DNA from: Lama guanicoe | Lineage: Eukaryota | Reading direction: 5' to 3' | Length of the DNA: 49,141 nucleotides | NCBI GenBank assembly: GCA_013239625.1 | Contig: MU053369.1 | Span: 221,479-270,619, forward strand | In this document: positions 1 through 13,015 of the stretch, in pieces | Numbering within the stretch: position 1 is the first letter of the stretch | How the letters are laid out: every line of letters starts with the position of its first letter | Made by a program: the position numbers and the translations under genes | The notes under the pieces: model-generated | The model's database searches: none | Told to the model about the DNA's origin: nothing | Seen by the model: only the letters and a program-made list of their open reading frames with translations

Positions 1-1227
1 TGAGGAAAACACAAGCCACTCTCGAACTTGGCTACCATTCAGCATTCCTGGTTTTCAAAGAAGGGAAACATAATTCAAAATATATTCCCTAAATATTTTA
101 GCCCATAGTAGAAATATATGGAGGCAAAGTTCAGCTCACTGGAACCTACAGCAATGTGCTTACTTAAGCGAAGGTTTAAACAGACCACAGATACTATAAT
201 GCATCCTTTACTTTAAACTAGTTCATGTGAGCAAGTTTCATTTCACATGAATTGCTCAGTACCAGTTTAGGAAATATATCCTTCTCCTTGATTGGGAAAA
301 ATAGCTGATAACCAGATTCAACCAAATTTAGTGTTAAATAATTAACCTATTTCATTCAGGAAACGCTTTTGAGTAATCTGAGTTAAGTATTTCCTCTATC
401 TGATCTATTTCTTTTCATAGAGAAAAATAGTATTATTTGCACATGAGCTACTTTTACTTCTCTGGAAAAATCTGACTGTGAGATCAGGGTAAGAGTTGTC
501 TACTGCACAGTAGGGTGAAAAAAAGATTCATTTCACAGCGAAGATCAGAATCTTTTTTTGAGGGGCGTGGTGAGCTGGGGGACAAGGGAAATGCCTTTGT
601 TTAGAGACAGACCTCGGCAGTTCACACTGAAGCTGGAAGAGGAAGCCCTTGTGAAGAAATGTGGAAGGACACACTGACACCCAAAGGTGTTCACTCTGCA
701 GAAACAGAAAGAAAGAAAGAAAAAGAATTTAACTGCCCTATAAAGAGAATGGACAGAAACTTGGTAATAAGGGAGAGACAAGGAAGGTTAGGGAAGGGAG
801 GAGAAACAATGAAAGGGAATTTGGATGTGGTGGGCAGGACAGCAGGTTTCTGGAGCCTACAATGAAGGATAATGGGAAAAAAGTTTAAATAGTTTAAAAA
901 AAGTAAAAGTAACAAAGTTTAAAATAGTTTAAAAATTAAAAACAAAGTAAAAACAAAGACTTTTTTTTTTACAGTGGCATGAAAGATTTTAAAATGACGG
1001 AGGTTTTTCATTTCAAAATTCAAGTTGTTTTGAGTTTCTCCTGTGTGCCCCAAACGTCAGTGAGGCCTGCTTGTGTAAGTGGTTTTGGGGGACACCACAG
1101 CAAGTGGTGAGCTCTGCAGTTAGGTTGGCCAGGAGCAGAATGCTTGTGTGGAAGGCAAGACAGAAGAGAGATCAACAGTTTCATGAGAACACAAACTCAA
1201 AGCCAGAAATTATCTTAAAAAGGTTAC

Positions 1228-1752
1228 TGTGGTAGGCAGAAAAATGATCCCCCCCAAGATGTCTATGTCCTAATCCCCAGAACATAGGAAGAGGTCAGGT
1301 TCCCTGGCAAAGGGGGCCTATGGTTGCAGATGCGGTTAAGGTTGCTAACCAGCTGACTGTAAGAGAGACGAGCTGGATCATAGAAGTGGGCCCAGTGTAA
1401 TCACCAGGGTCATTAAAGGAGGAAGAGGGAGGCAGAAGAGGGGAGAGAGGAGAGGAGATGTGACCACAGAATCAGAGTCAGAGGCACACAACCTTGCTAA
1501 TCTTAAAAGGGAGAAAAGAGGTCACAGGCCAAGAGATGAGGCGGCCTCTAGAAGCCAGAAGAGGCAAAGATACAGGTTCCCTGGGGCCTTCAGAGAGGAG
1601 CAGCCCTGCCACACCTTGACTTCAGCAGACTTCTGTGTTCCAGAGACGTAAGATACTAAATTTGTGTTGTTCGGTGGGGACTTTTTCTTTTTTCTTCTTA
1701 CTACCAAGACGTTTGTGGATGTTTGTCACAGCAGCAACAGAAAGCAAATCCA
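1228..1752 (+). mobile_element. MLT1D-like MaLR solo LTR
   Basis: Start tgtggtaggcagaaaaatgatccccccaagatgtctatgtcctaatccccagaac and end ttgtcacagcagcaacagaaagcaaatcca match the MLT1 consensus. Confidence 0.85.
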
Positions 1753-1979
1753 ATAAGCTCCTTGCAATGTGCAGAAACTGCAGATAACCCTGGACTGTCC
1801 ACTTTGATGTGGGATTGGGCTTATGTGGAATCAAAAGGACAGTGTGACCTTTGCTAACATCTGCTTTTCTCATTTTTAGGAAGAGAACATTAAGTCAAAA
1901 CCTATGTAGTTATTATTTCAGACAAGTGTCTCTTAAAACGTTATGTAATCCTGTGCCTTAGGACCACAAGAGAGCCTCT

Positions 1980-2222
1980 GTTCTTAGAAGCACATGGGTT
2001 CAGAGAGATACGGTCTTACATCTGAGTCCCACATTGGCCTCTTATTGGCAATGAGAGCTTGGGCAAATCATTTACCCTCTTTAAGCCACAGAATCTTCAT
2101 TTGTAAAAGGGAGATAAGAATAAGAATTATTTGGGTGATTAAATTACACACACACACACACACACACACATGTATAGCACTTAATACAGTGACTAGCACA
2201 TACTAGGCACTCAACAAATTTG
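1980..2222 (+). mobile_element. MIR with an internal (CA)n tract at about 2146-2170
   Basis: MIR core cttgggcaaatcatttaccctct...catttgtaaaaggg and tail gcacatactaggcactcaacaaat. Confidence 0.75.
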
Positions 2223-2584
2223 TCATGAACGTTCAAATGCATGTATAAAAGGAGGAGAAAGTTGTGGGGACTTGTGGGAAAACTCAGTTCACGGCCCCAA
2301 CAAGGGCCATCTCACAAAGGGTTCTGATCATTTAGCCCCCAGTGATGGGCTAATAAGCAGAAACGATAGCACTTGCGGATTTAAGTTAAATATAAAGAAG
2401 GTATTTAAGCATAATTATTAAACAGCAGGTACGTTTACACTGTTGGCTGGATCATCTTCTCTGGAGACCTTTAATAAGCAGTGTCCCCTGTTTTAGAGAT
2501 GGCACACAGCTACGTGGGCACACAGGAAAAAGACTTTGCTGGGTGGGCCGTTCTCACCCCAAGATCACATGACTCCATACTCAC

Positions 2585-2682
2585 AGAAGTAACACCTCTT
2601 GTATGTTATTCCAGATTGCTTTTCCTCCCACGATTATTGTCAGCTGTGTCATGAGTTCAAGGAGACAGCCACCTGGGTCACA
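2585..2682 (-). pseudogene. ANO6: ANO6 exon 15 equivalent (98 nt, frame open)
   Basis: tattccag|TGTGAC...TTACTTCT|gtgagt. Reads [32 protein letters not shown]. Confidence 0.95.
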
Positions 2683-2861
2683 CTGGAATATCAGAAAGAA
2701 AATCTGATTTAAATTTTAGATAGCTCTAACATGAAATAAAGTCATTATTTTTTGGCTAAAAAAATGTAAGGAACAGACAATGAAGACACTCTTCACTGGG
2801 CAAATGAGAGAAAACATGACACAGCTTAGACTGTCAGCAGAACGCAATGTGGTATTCACAC

Positions 2862-3027
2862 CTCTTCATTTCTATATTTTCACAGCCAATACACCAGGTC
2901 TCCCAGATAAGCCACAAATCTGTCCTTAAAGAACGCGATGTAGAAACATGAGGAGTAGTTGCCAAACTGGAACTAGAACACCTTCGTGGTTAGGCTGTTC
3001 TCATAGTCAGTCTGGTCCTTGGGAGCT
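2862..3027 (-). pseudogene. ANO6: ANO6 exon 14 equivalent (166 nt)
   Basis: ctgcag|AGCTCC...GAAGAG|gtgtga. Reads ELPR/[49 protein letters not shown], with 1-nt and 3-nt deletions and stops at 2973-2975 and 2880-2882. Confidence 0.94.
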
Positions 3028-4080
3028 CTGCAGCTAGAATGAAGAAAAGTTAAGTCTGTAAAACTGTGAACGGCTTTGAGACCCTGATCAAAGCCACCGA
3101 CGCATGAGTTAACATGGTTAAAAAAAAAATATATATATATATACAATTCACACTGCTTCCATTTAAGCTGTTTTGAATTCCTTAACATAGCTGCTATGTT
3201 AACTCCAAGTGTACACACTGCTGTAAGAGTTTCTCCCACTATGAACACAATATCCCACAAGGCAAAATAAGTCAGCTGTTCCTTAAAATTTATAGGAACA
3301 ACAGTATCCAATGGGCAAGAACTGTCCTCTGTCAGGTGTAAGTTGACAGAAAACTACTTTTGAACATCCTGCTAAATGATATTCTCTTGTCTCCATGAAC
3401 GGCAGGAAGGTAGGACTATTGAAAACAAACAAAACACGGGGCAACTTGCTACATGCATTCGGGGAACATAAAACGGGTCATCCTCCTAGTTCAGAATTTG
3501 AATTGGTCTTGGTGTTTTCAGAAGATGACCACTGAGCAGACCACTGGGAGAACCACCCAGCCACATGCAGCATGTGGGAAGCACTTGACTTGGGCCGTTA
3601 AGCCGCTGGCTGGGATACAAGCCAGAGAGAAGAAACATTTATTATAGAAGCCACAGCTGATGAGAATGGAGCTGCACTAACAGGAACAGCATGGGGGAAA
3701 GACACATAACACTGTGATTACTTGTCCTCTCCATAATGCACAAGAAAATCTGCCACTGGAACCACGACCCTCTTCCACTTATTTGCAATACAGAGACAAA
3801 TTTCAATAATAGGGTACCTGATCTAATGTAACTGAAATTATTATTAAGCACTGACCTGTTTACCCACAGCTTGTACATTCTAATGCTTCCTTTGTCCCTT
3901 TTACTAATGCAAAGCTGGAGCTAATTCACTTCTCATATAGGCTAGAGAAAATATGTTTACACTTGAAGATTTCTAAAGACTGTAATGTACTGGAATTGAA
4001 GTGCCTAAAAAATGCAGTCTCTGTTTTGACCTGGTTCTAAAACTGGCGTAGAAATGACCTCAGCTGCAGGAGGAGCTTAC

Positions 4081-4307
4081 CACAGTCAGTCATCATGATT
4101 GCCACTTTCTCATATATGGCACTCAGGGTCACGATGATGATAAAACAGATGAGGGAAGCAGTGATGGGCGTGGCCCACCTGAAAAGTCAGGTACTTCTGG
4201 ATTGGGTCTCTTCCATTCAGGTTCTTGGGAAGTTTTGCAGAAAATACAATGAACACTGAAAGTCCATAGACAGTGATCCCAATAACTGAAGCAATGGTCA
4301 ATAGGAC
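4081..4307 (-). pseudogene. ANO6: ANO6 exon 13 equivalent (227 nt, 1-nt insertion)
   Basis: ttgtcag|GTCCTA...GACTGTG|gtaagc. Reads VLLTIASVIGITVYGLSVFIVFSAKLPKNLNGRDPIQKYLTFQV/ATPITASLICFIIIVTLSAIYEKVAIMMTD. Confidence 0.95.
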
Positions 4308-5379
4308 CTGACAACCCAAAAACCCAGCAGCATGAGACTCACTAATGATCATATTTTTACACAGAAAACTTGCCCCAAACCCACGCTTAAACAGACAACA
4401 TGCATGTGCTGTAAACCTCACATAAACGTGAGAAGTGATGTAAATTGCACATAAATGCCACAAGAGATGTGAATATCAGGCATGTTAAATTTCAGGGGAG
4501 GAGGAATGAAGGATGTCAAAAAGAGTGCATCCACTAATGTAACATGCTGACAGCAGGAGCAGCTGTGTGCAGGGCACAGGGAGTATACGGGAACTCTACT
4601 TTCTGTGAATTTTTCTGTAAACCTAAAACTGCACCAAAAAATGAAGCCTCTTAGCATATATCTTCAAATGGGGTGAAAATGGAGTAACTGGTGGCATTTT
4701 TTTTGGAGACAAGTCTGTGACAGCAGAACCAATGAAAATACCCCTTCTACATCTATAGAATTACTTAGGTTATGAACTAGTTGTAACCCATGAAGGGGAT
4801 ATGCTTCCTTTCAAGGGGGAACCTGTCACTGATTCAGGGGTCAGCAGGTGCTAGATGTCGTCTTCATTCTGAATAGGACCAGTGAAACTGTGGACATGCC
4901 CTGAGGGAAATACTGGAAGTGACAGCAGGTCTCTGCTGATGGAAGTTTCACATGCTTTTCAAACTCCTTGATATCTTAAAATGGCAGGTATTCATGCTCC
5001 CTGCATTTGCACAAGATTCATGTCCCTGATCCACTGTAGCTCTGACTGTGTGGACCCAAGGACAATGGGGGTGTCTGAAGCATAATCTGCACGTGGCTCG
5101 TAGGGCTTCAGTTCCTCACTAGGCAGGTTTTCTTTCTGGCCACTGAAGAATGAACATTAAGGGTCCCATTTTTAAACTGTTTTCCCTCCATCTACCTTCT
5201 TGGTCGAAGTCCAAAAGCATGTACTCAGTGTCCCTGGCTGCTCCTGATGGCTGCCCCAGAGAGAAAGCTACAAAGAATGTGAATTTCAAGACTAAGTGAA
5301 CCACATCATGTTATTTACAGTAACAGCAGGCGGCTGGCTTGCACCTGCAGGGGAGAGCAGAGGGAGTGTTTGCAAGCCC

Positions 5380-5605
5380 CTCCTGGAGCCACACTCCTGC
5401 ATCTGGATCCCAGCTCTGATGCTAGCTGTGGGGCCTTGTGCAAATTTCTTAACCTCTAGGGGCTTCAATCTCCTCACCCATATAATGGGGGGATAATAAT
5501 AGCAATTTATAGGATTATTGTGATGAGTTGATGATTTACTACAGGTGAAAACAATTAGAACATTAAACCCAGGCATGTGAAAAATTCTACCTAAGTATTA
5601 GCTAT
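5380..5605 (+). mobile_element. MIR
   Basis: atcccagctctg..tagctgtggggccttgtgcaaatttcttaacctc..ataatggggggataataatag. Confidence 0.75.
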
Positions 5606-5919
5606 GAATATGGTGACCAAAGTGTTAAAAAGGTGTTTTTTTTAGTTTTTAAGCCATCAGTTTGTAGGGAAAGCATTTTATTTCCTCCTCCACTCTCTCT
5701 GCTTATCTTCTTTTCTTCACAGTTAAGGCTTCATACTTGTGAAAGGAGTAACTTTTTGGTGTGTGTGTGATTAAATGTGAACATTAGTTAAAGCTGAGAA
5801 AAATGTATAACAGAAGGTATATTGAGCCTTCCTTTCTTATACAACATACATAGGCCATTTAAATAGTATATATTTTTTAGAAGTCTGCATAATAATTTTT
5901 AAAATTATGTATTAAGTAA

Positions 5920-6150
5920 TAATAATAGTTAAGACTCTTTAAATGCTTACTATTGCTTCAGCACACATCTATTTTTTTTTTTAAATCTTCACAATCACCC
6001 TGTAGGGAAGGTAATATTATATCTCTTTTACAGATGAGGAAATAGAGCTGCATAAAGATGACACAATTTGCCCCAAATAAAGCAACTATCAAGTGAAAGA
6101 AATGAAATACTCAAAGAGCCCAAAGACACACTAACTCTGCATAGCACTGC
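5920..6150 (-). mobile_element. MIR
   Basis: aatcttcacaatcaccctg..tattatatctcttttacagatgaggaaatagag. Confidence 0.7.
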
Positions 6151-6364
6151 CTCCTACATGGTCTGTGAAATGAATTCTAATTCACTTCAGAACTTTTACA
6201 AACTTGACACATTTCCATTTTTCTTCCAAGCACTTAATGGGTTCAGTATTTCTTAGGAAACAGGAAAGCTTTTCATCCTCCCTCCTCAAGTTTCTTCTTA
6301 CATATCATCTTTTCTGATCATAACTTTAATATCTGCTCATTAAAGAAAATCTGAAAGTACTCAG

Positions 6365-6945
6365 TAGTGGACAGAACTGCTGTCCTGGATCTGTCCCCAG
6401 TCTTAGAAGTGGACCTAGATTTTGCTTTAGGATAAATAACCTCCTTTCTGTTTTTAGTCCTGTGATTTGGGCTAGACTGACCCACCCTTTCCGAGGTGCC
6501 AGAGGTAGATCCTAGTTGGTTTAAGACAGATAATATCCCTCATTCTATTGGCCTCACACATGATTTGAGGATTTGCAAATAACCCAGTAAGAGCCACTGT
6601 TACGTGAGGAGATATGTGCTGGTGCCCATGTGAATGATGAGCTTCCTCTGTCAAGAGAGGAAACTGCCAAAAGAGACCTCTCTGGCTTGGATGGATGTGT
6701 GATCTGGGATGCTGAGTGCCTAGAAGCAGCATGCTGAGACATCCTTGGACACAGAATGAAGACAGGACAAAACCAGCCCTTGACATCATCTGGGCTACAG
6801 TATCTCTCCTTGACTGAAGCCAGACCTCAGATCTGAGGTTTTCAGTTACAGAAACCAATAAATCCCACTCATCCCCATTTTTTGGTTGTTGTTTAAACCC
6901 ATTGGAGATTGATTTTGTCACCTACAATCAAAAGACTCCAACTCT
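6365..6945 (+). mobile_element. Old MaLR LTR (MLT1H/J/K-like)
   Basis: 3' end ttttcagttacagaaaccaataaatccc...gtttaaacccattggagattgattttgtcacctacaatcaaaagactc. Confidence 0.6.
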
Positions 6946-7079
6946 GAAAAATGAATAAAAAATAAAAATAAGAAAAATGCATCTAGTTATAGGCATAATT
7001 CATTCAGAACTGTGCATTGTTTGCGTATTAAAAATTATTTTATATATTAATTTTATTCTCAAGCTTATCATAATCATAA

Positions 7080-8320
7080 CACTTTGACATGTCATAAAAT
7101 ATTTTCATGGACACATTTTTCATGGCTGCATAATATTCTACTATGTGAAGGTTGGAAGGAGAATATTTTGGCTGAGATTTTTTTATATACACATATAAAA
7201 ATATGTCTGTGACTTACCTCCATGCTGACTTTTCCCTTCCATTTTGAAATACTTTCTGATTAAAAGTTTTTCAAAGCTGAATTAGTGGATTAAATCATAT
7301 GAATATTTTTGACTCTTGATATGAACTGCCAAACTGCTTTCTAAGAAAGCTGGAGGAGTACACCGGAAACTAACACAGCATTGTAAATCAACCACACTTC
7401 ACAAAACATATCCAGTAGCCTTAGGTATGAGAGCTGCTGATCACTGGCACTTCATCCTCATAAACACAGAGCTGTGTCACTTGAGAGGTGGAAAACTATT
7501 TCATTTTGATGTGCACTAACTGAATTACCATCAGAGCCTGACTTCTATTTTTTCCTTTGTGAATGTGTGTTCATCTTCTCTGCCTTCTCCACTCCTGAGA
7601 TTTTTTGGTGTTATCTTTGAAGTGATCTGAACTCTCTATATATTGAAGGAATTAGCCCCTTGTCGGATCTGTTAAGAAACAACATCCTCTGCTGTTTTGT
7701 TTAAACTTAGGATGCTTCTGATGCATGGAAATCTTTATGTATTTTCCTCTGAAACTTACTGCACATCTAGAGGTTGTATATTCATCCATATTTATTTCTA
7801 GTTTTTTTCTAATCATGTTATTTTTTAAATGTTCCTGGAATTTATCACAGTTTATGGTTCACTGTATGATTTAAATCTATACTTTTCCCCCCAAATAGCT
7901 AACAAGTGTTCCATTTATTGAATAACCTTTATTTATCTCCCTGACTGGTAATGCCTTTCATCTCGTATACTAAATTATTGATGTCACAGCCCATATCTGG
8001 ACTTCCTGTTCTATTCTCTAATCTGGCTATTCTTGAGCTAGTAAAACTCTCATTATCTTATTTAATTATTATATTACTAATATGATTTTATTCACAATAA
8101 ACCCCAAATAAATTTATAACTTCTGATATTTTGGAGCTATGGTCTTTTAATCTAGAATCATGTGCTTAAAGCTTCTTTTATGTCTTTCAGTAGTTTTTAA
8201 TGTTTTGTTTTTTTTTTTTGATAGTTCCAACTATCCTTTTGTTAGGTTATTCTTAGACATTTTACCTTGGTTGTTACTCTCGGAAAATTTTAGAATCCTT
8301 ATTGCCTTCATCTGGTCTCT
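7080..8320 (-). mobile_element. Degraded L1ME-type fragments
   Basis: Antisense L1 motifs such as catggctgcataatattcta and aactgccaaactgctttcta. Confidence 0.5.
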
Positions 8321-8556
8321 TAATCAGACCCTGGAGAATCCTGAACCACTGATCTGATTTGAACAAATGAGGTGAAAAGAACTGGGGGAAGCACTGTGAG
8401 CAGAAGAGACTGTGGAACCTGCAGAGTGGCACCCTGCGTTGGCTCAGATGTTCTCTGGAAACAGTTTTCTCTATGAGACTACATAGTTCCCAGCTTGACT
8501 TTCAGTTTTCTCAGCATGTAACACTAGATAGTAAAAAGTCTGTGGCAGGTTCTTAC

Positions 8557-8632
8557 CCAGAAAAAGAGCACTTGCACATAGGGTTGTATGATTATACTTT
8601 CCCCAGGTGGTAAAGGGAACATGCTCTTCTTC
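8557..8632 (-). pseudogene. ANO6: ANO6 exon 12 equivalent (76 nt, 2-nt deletion)
   Basis: ttaattag|GAAGAA...TTCTGG|gtaaga. Reads EEEHVPFTTWGKYNHTTLCASA/FFW against human EEERIPFTAWGKCIRITLCASAVFFW. Confidence 0.92.
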
Positions 8633-9189
8633 CTAATTAAAAAAAGAAAAAAACAAGTTTAGTCAATCAAGGGATTACACCAATGAAATGATTTTTCCCC
8701 TAACTGGTCACTAAATCCTAAGCATAATTTTTTTAAAAAATTAGTTTTCAGACATAGCCTCCTTATTCATAACTGCAAGGGTTTCTTTCTTTTTTTTCTG
8801 TTAACGATGTCAAACACACAACAAAATACGTACAGTATTCATTTTAATACTATTTTTTGAAAATGCGCATGTGAACAGCAAACTGTTTCCCTGCCATGGT
8901 CTGAGCTTAGGGGTCTGGGTACCTGACGAGGCCAAGCTGTAAAGCTCTATTCCTGAGCTTGCCTTAGATTTCAGAAGTGACAGTAGTGACAGCTTAGATT
9001 CCGTGCAGGACAGGCAGTTTCTCAGGTGTCTGCAGCTAACTGGTCTCCACTGTGTGTTTCTTGGTTGAGTTTTATGTGTTAGCTACAACTACAAAGGTTT
9101 AGAATTTCCATTTTAGAGTTTATATTTAGTTTTTTTTAGAGATAAAATAAGTAAGACTCAAGATTTGCCTAGATTATAACAATTGCAAA

Positions 9190-9415
9190 TAAGTACATGG
9201 CCCTTCCTCTGTGCCAGGCAGTCTTCCAAGTAGATTCTATACCTTAACTCGACCCATCTTTACCACAGTCATGAGGAAACCACTTTCTTATTCTTATTTT
9301 ATAGGAAACTCTGGCACAGAGAAGTTAAGTTGTCCAAGATCACTCAGGGAGCAAGCTGCTGTGTTCATATATGAATTTAGGCAGCTCTATTCCCAAGGTC
9401 TCACTACCACAAGGC
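9190..9415 (-). mobile_element. MIR
   Basis: ctctgtgccaggca...ggaaactctggcacagagaagttaagttgtccaagatcac. Confidence 0.7.
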
Positions 9416-10651
9416 TGGCCTCTCGAAACAATAGAACATGCATTCGCAATTAAAGTAAAACTCTTCAATTAAAAAACTAAAAACAAAAAAAATTAAAACA
9501 ATTTTTTAAATAAGGAAGAACGATAAAGAGAAATGAGCCTTCATCTTCAATTTTTCAACAAGCATCTTCCAATGGAAATTTAAACTTAATTGTTGGCAAT
9601 TTTAAATTTAAAATTGGCAGTTTAAATGACCAAAATGGCTTTTCTTCAGTATTTTTTGTATGCTGCCAATATGATACGTTTTTCTTATTCACAACTCAAA
9701 AACATTATGAACATCTAATTTTGTCTAAGTTTCAGCTTTTATCTCTGAATGTACAGTCTTTCAACAAAACATGCTTTGTAGTTGTAAACAATAGGAACTA
9801 TTCATAATGGGGATTATTAGAAGCTTTTTACATTGTAAAAGACAAATGTCACCTTCTATTGGTAACTGAACCTCATTTTTTTATTAATAAAAAGAGGAAG
9901 CTGACCTGCTCCTTCCAGACCTTTTCAGTGCCAACAATCTGTAAATCTGCGATTCAGTTTATAAAATCTATAGTTGGTGACATTTTCAGATGCTCCTGGT
10001 AAAAGCATTTTCTTTCCAAGAGATATTCATGATCACAACCTACTGTCCTGCTGCTGCTGACTGCAAGCACCATCAGCTCTAAATTATCATGGCTGATGGA
10101 AAGAAACAATAATACAGATGACTCAAAAAATCATCTTTCATAGCTCTGGAATGTTTATACAAAGATATATAGCTTTATTTTTAAATTTTGCAACAGGAGT
10201 TGCAGCAGTAAATTTACCTTTCCAATTATATAAAATGCCTAGCTCAGTGCCCAAACACAGTTGGCTCCTCAACAAAGGTTTCCCTGCTTCCTCTAGCCTT
10301 CCTCTGACTTTAGGATGACAGCCACACTGCTTTGTACATATTCCAATGAGAAGAGGGAGCAGTGACCGGGACTTAGTTCAAGACAAAGGGGCAAGCTAGT
10401 CTATGATGAAAAGGAGGCTGCAATAATGAAGGCACATGTGGAAAAAATGGAAATCAACTATAAAAACCAATGTGTATTTCCTTCTACATCTATGTCATAC
10501 AGGCTGATTTTTTTGCATTTTTATTGGTCTTATGAAAGGATACAAATCAATCCTCTTTTCTTATACAATTATACCAGTCTTTTTCTTTTCCCCCTTTTTA
10601 CTGTTATTATGAAGGAAGGAACATACTTCTCTTCTGTGTCCACCATTCCAG

Positions 10652-10833
10652 GCAGTGCTCCTTCACCTTGGCTGCACATTACAATCATCAGAGGAGCTTT
10701 AAAAACTTCACTGTGCCAGAATGCACCCCAGGCCACTAAGTACCATCAGAGTTTGTAGTGATGGAATCTGGGCACCGAAAGTTTAAAGGTCCCCTGGTGA
10801 TTCCAACATGCAGCCAAGGCTGAGAAGCCCTGC
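10652..10833. mobile_element. MER5-family hAT-Charlie DNA transposon
   Basis: cagtgctccttcaccttggctgcacatt...gattccaacatgcagccaaggctgagaagccctg, with inverted termini. Confidence 0.8.
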
Positions 10834-10874
10834 AGTCAACAGACTAAAGCGCATCTAAACAGCGCCCTCTCTAC

Positions 10875-11017
10875 CTGGGTAATCTCATCTATCCCCACGT
10901 GGGGACACCACGCCTCCTATTCTAGCCGGGCTTGGTTTTTCCTGCTGCAACTCAACCGGCCCCATTCGTACTCAAGTTCTGCCTGGCGCCACTTCCAGAG
11001 CTCCAGAAGTAAGGTGA
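10875..11017 (-). pseudogene. ANO6: ANO6 exon 11 equivalent (143 nt)
   Basis: ctctgttag|TCACC...ACCCAG|gtagag. Reads TLLLELWKWRQAELEYEW../VELQQEK/QARLE*EAWCPHVGIDEITQ, with compensating -1/+1 indels and TAG at 10917-10919. Confidence 0.92.
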
Positions 11018-11345
11018 CTAACAGAGAGAGAGAGAACAGCAGAATGTGGATCTTCAGTGATGACTGATGCTTCAGAGATCTGTACTTAATATTTATTACC
11101 CTTAATACTTTGGTACATTGTTGAAAAAATCACATTTTACTTACAGATACTAAAGAGAAAAATGAGTTAATGCATTTTTTTTTTGAAAAAAGAAAATGTA
11201 GATAATTTATTGAACTTGTGAAAACATACTCTAGCTCTCTAGCTCAGGGGAAATGTAGTAACGCAATGGTCAGAGGCAGGTGACTGTGTCTGATGCTAAA
11301 TCACCTGCTACCAGCACATCACACCCACTAAAAACACAAGGATCA

Positions 11346-11454
11346 GGGGGAAGGGTGGGCATAGCTCAGTGGTAGAGCGCATGCTTAGCATGCACAAGGT
11401 CCTGGGTTCAAGCCCCGGTACCTCCATTTAAAAAAAGTAAAAAAAAAAAAAAAA
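11346..11454 (+). mobile_element. tRNA-Ala-derived camelid SINE (vic-1 type), short form
   Basis: A box tagctcagtgg, B box ggttcaagccc, A-rich tail, imperfect TSD (acacaag/gcacaag). Confidence 0.9.
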
Positions 11455-11874
11455 GCACAAGTAACCGTCATAATTTAAAAGCAGCACACGGGCCACCCTC
11501 CAAGCCTGCTTCTCCTCACATCCCTCTGTCTCTTCTGACCAAAGGACCTCAGGGTGCCGGAAGGGATGAGAATGCTTTAGCAGCCCCTGCATTTCTATTT
11601 TCCACCATCACAGTCACCCCAAATTAAAATAATACACTTAAATATGGAAAACTGCCGTTTTTCTCAATTTTCGGTAAAGCAATTTTTATAAATCATTCTT
11701 CTGTTTTAAGACTCGTAACTTCAAATAGTAGATAAAAACAACATGATATGTTAATTCAAAATGTAATTCCAGGGTAAGTCCCCTAAGCCCTTCTTCCAAC
11801 CAGACTGTTACCCCAGGCCCTTCCTACAGAGAAATTTCAGAATAACCACTGTGCCCTCCACCATTATACCTGAG

Positions 11875-12700
11875 TCTCTACCATGCTCTGAGAATACAGA
11901 GAAAAAAGACACAGTCCCTGCTTGCAGGAGCTCCTAGGTGCACAGGAGTCATTGTCAAGTGATGGCTGCAGAAGCGTGTTAAGAGAGCCTGGGTAAGAGT
12001 CAGCAGAGGGTGCTCAGGGCACAGAGAGCCAGACTGTAGCCAAGGCTCTCCCAGAGGAGGGGACCACTGTGGTGAGTTCTGAGATGCCCTAGAGGTGATC
12101 AGGTGAAGGTAGAATGTTAAGGCCATTTCTCCCTGGGGACCTGCACATGCGAAGGTGAGAGGCCAAAATGAGCCAGGTCCCTTCCAGGAACCGCAAATAG
12201 TCTAGAAGTGAGCACAGGGTGTGGGAGGCGGGTAAGGCAGCCAGGTGGAGAGATCGCAGGTGCACTTCACAAAGGGCTCTGTGTGCCTTCAGGGTGGAGG
12301 AGACATTCAAGGTGGTCTAGAAAGACAACAGAGAGGCAGGGAGACCCACTGGCAGGTACATGGTGAGGTCTGCCTAGGCCCAGCTGGGAGGAGACAAAAG
12401 GCAGCATTTCAGCAGGTGGACAGATTGGGCACAGGTGTGATGGAAGCGCAAGAAGTGGTCAAAGATGCCGGCCAGCTTTCTGGCTTTGGCAGTGTCCTAA
12501 ATTATAGTGCCATTCCCTGAAATAAGAAGGGCAGGAAGACAGGCAAGTCATGAGAGGAGACAACTGATTCAGTTCAGATTGGGTGCCTGTGGAGAGATGT
12601 CCAGTAGGCAAATAAAAGTCTAGAAATTGGGAGAAAACATACTCCTGTTTCAAGAGGTCAACTGGGGCGTGAGTGGACGGACAAGCTCACGAGAAGAGGT
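11875..12700 (-). mobile_element. L2 fragments
   Basis: gagaatacagagaaaaaagacacagtccctgcttgcaggagct followed by a purine-rich L2 body. Confidence 0.6.
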
Positions 12701-12709
12701 GTGGAGGGG

Positions 12710-13015
12710 TAGCTCTCCCTCCTGCACATGGGAAGCATATGGGAGCTTTTAAAAAACAGTGCGCCCCAGCACCGCCCCCGCTGTTCTGAATTTACTGGCC
12801 TGGAGTGGGGCCTTTGTGCTGTTTTTTGTTTTTTAAAAACTTCTCTTTTTTGTTGGGGGGTTAATTAGCTTTATTTATTTTAATGGCGGTACTGGGAATT
12901 GAACCCAGGACCTCTTGCATGCTAAGCACGTGCTCTACCACTGAGTCGGACCCTCCCCACCTTTTTTTTTGTTTTTAGACATTAGCTCTACTGAGCAGTC
13001 AGGGTTGAGAATCAA
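12710..13015. mobile_element. MER5A-like element interrupted by a SINE
   Basis: Left arm ctgcacatgggaagcatatgggagcttttaaaaa; right arm tgagcagtcagggttgagaatca. Confidence 0.6.
12841..12960 (-). mobile_element. vic-1-type SINE, long form
   Basis: gtactgggaattgaacccaggacctcttgcatgctaagcacgtgctctaccactgag; TSD-like ttttttgtttttt on both sides. Confidence 0.9.

Noticed and set aside
545..730. Strong minus-strand polypyrimidine tract and CAG acceptor near 697 as ANO6 exon 16
   Set aside because: The downstream sequence shows no similarity to ANO6 exon 16 (..ITPRWEQDYHLQ..); at most this is a cryptic acceptor.
878..960. Imperfect A-rich tandem repeats (aaagtttaaatagtttaaaaa twice)
   Set aside because: Ordinary slippage in low-complexity DNA with no spacer structure, so not CRISPR-like.
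11346..11454. tRNA-Ala-like sequences (seven copies across the window)
   Set aside because: A-rich tails, TSDs and mismatched stems identify them as tRNA-derived SINEs, not tRNA genes.
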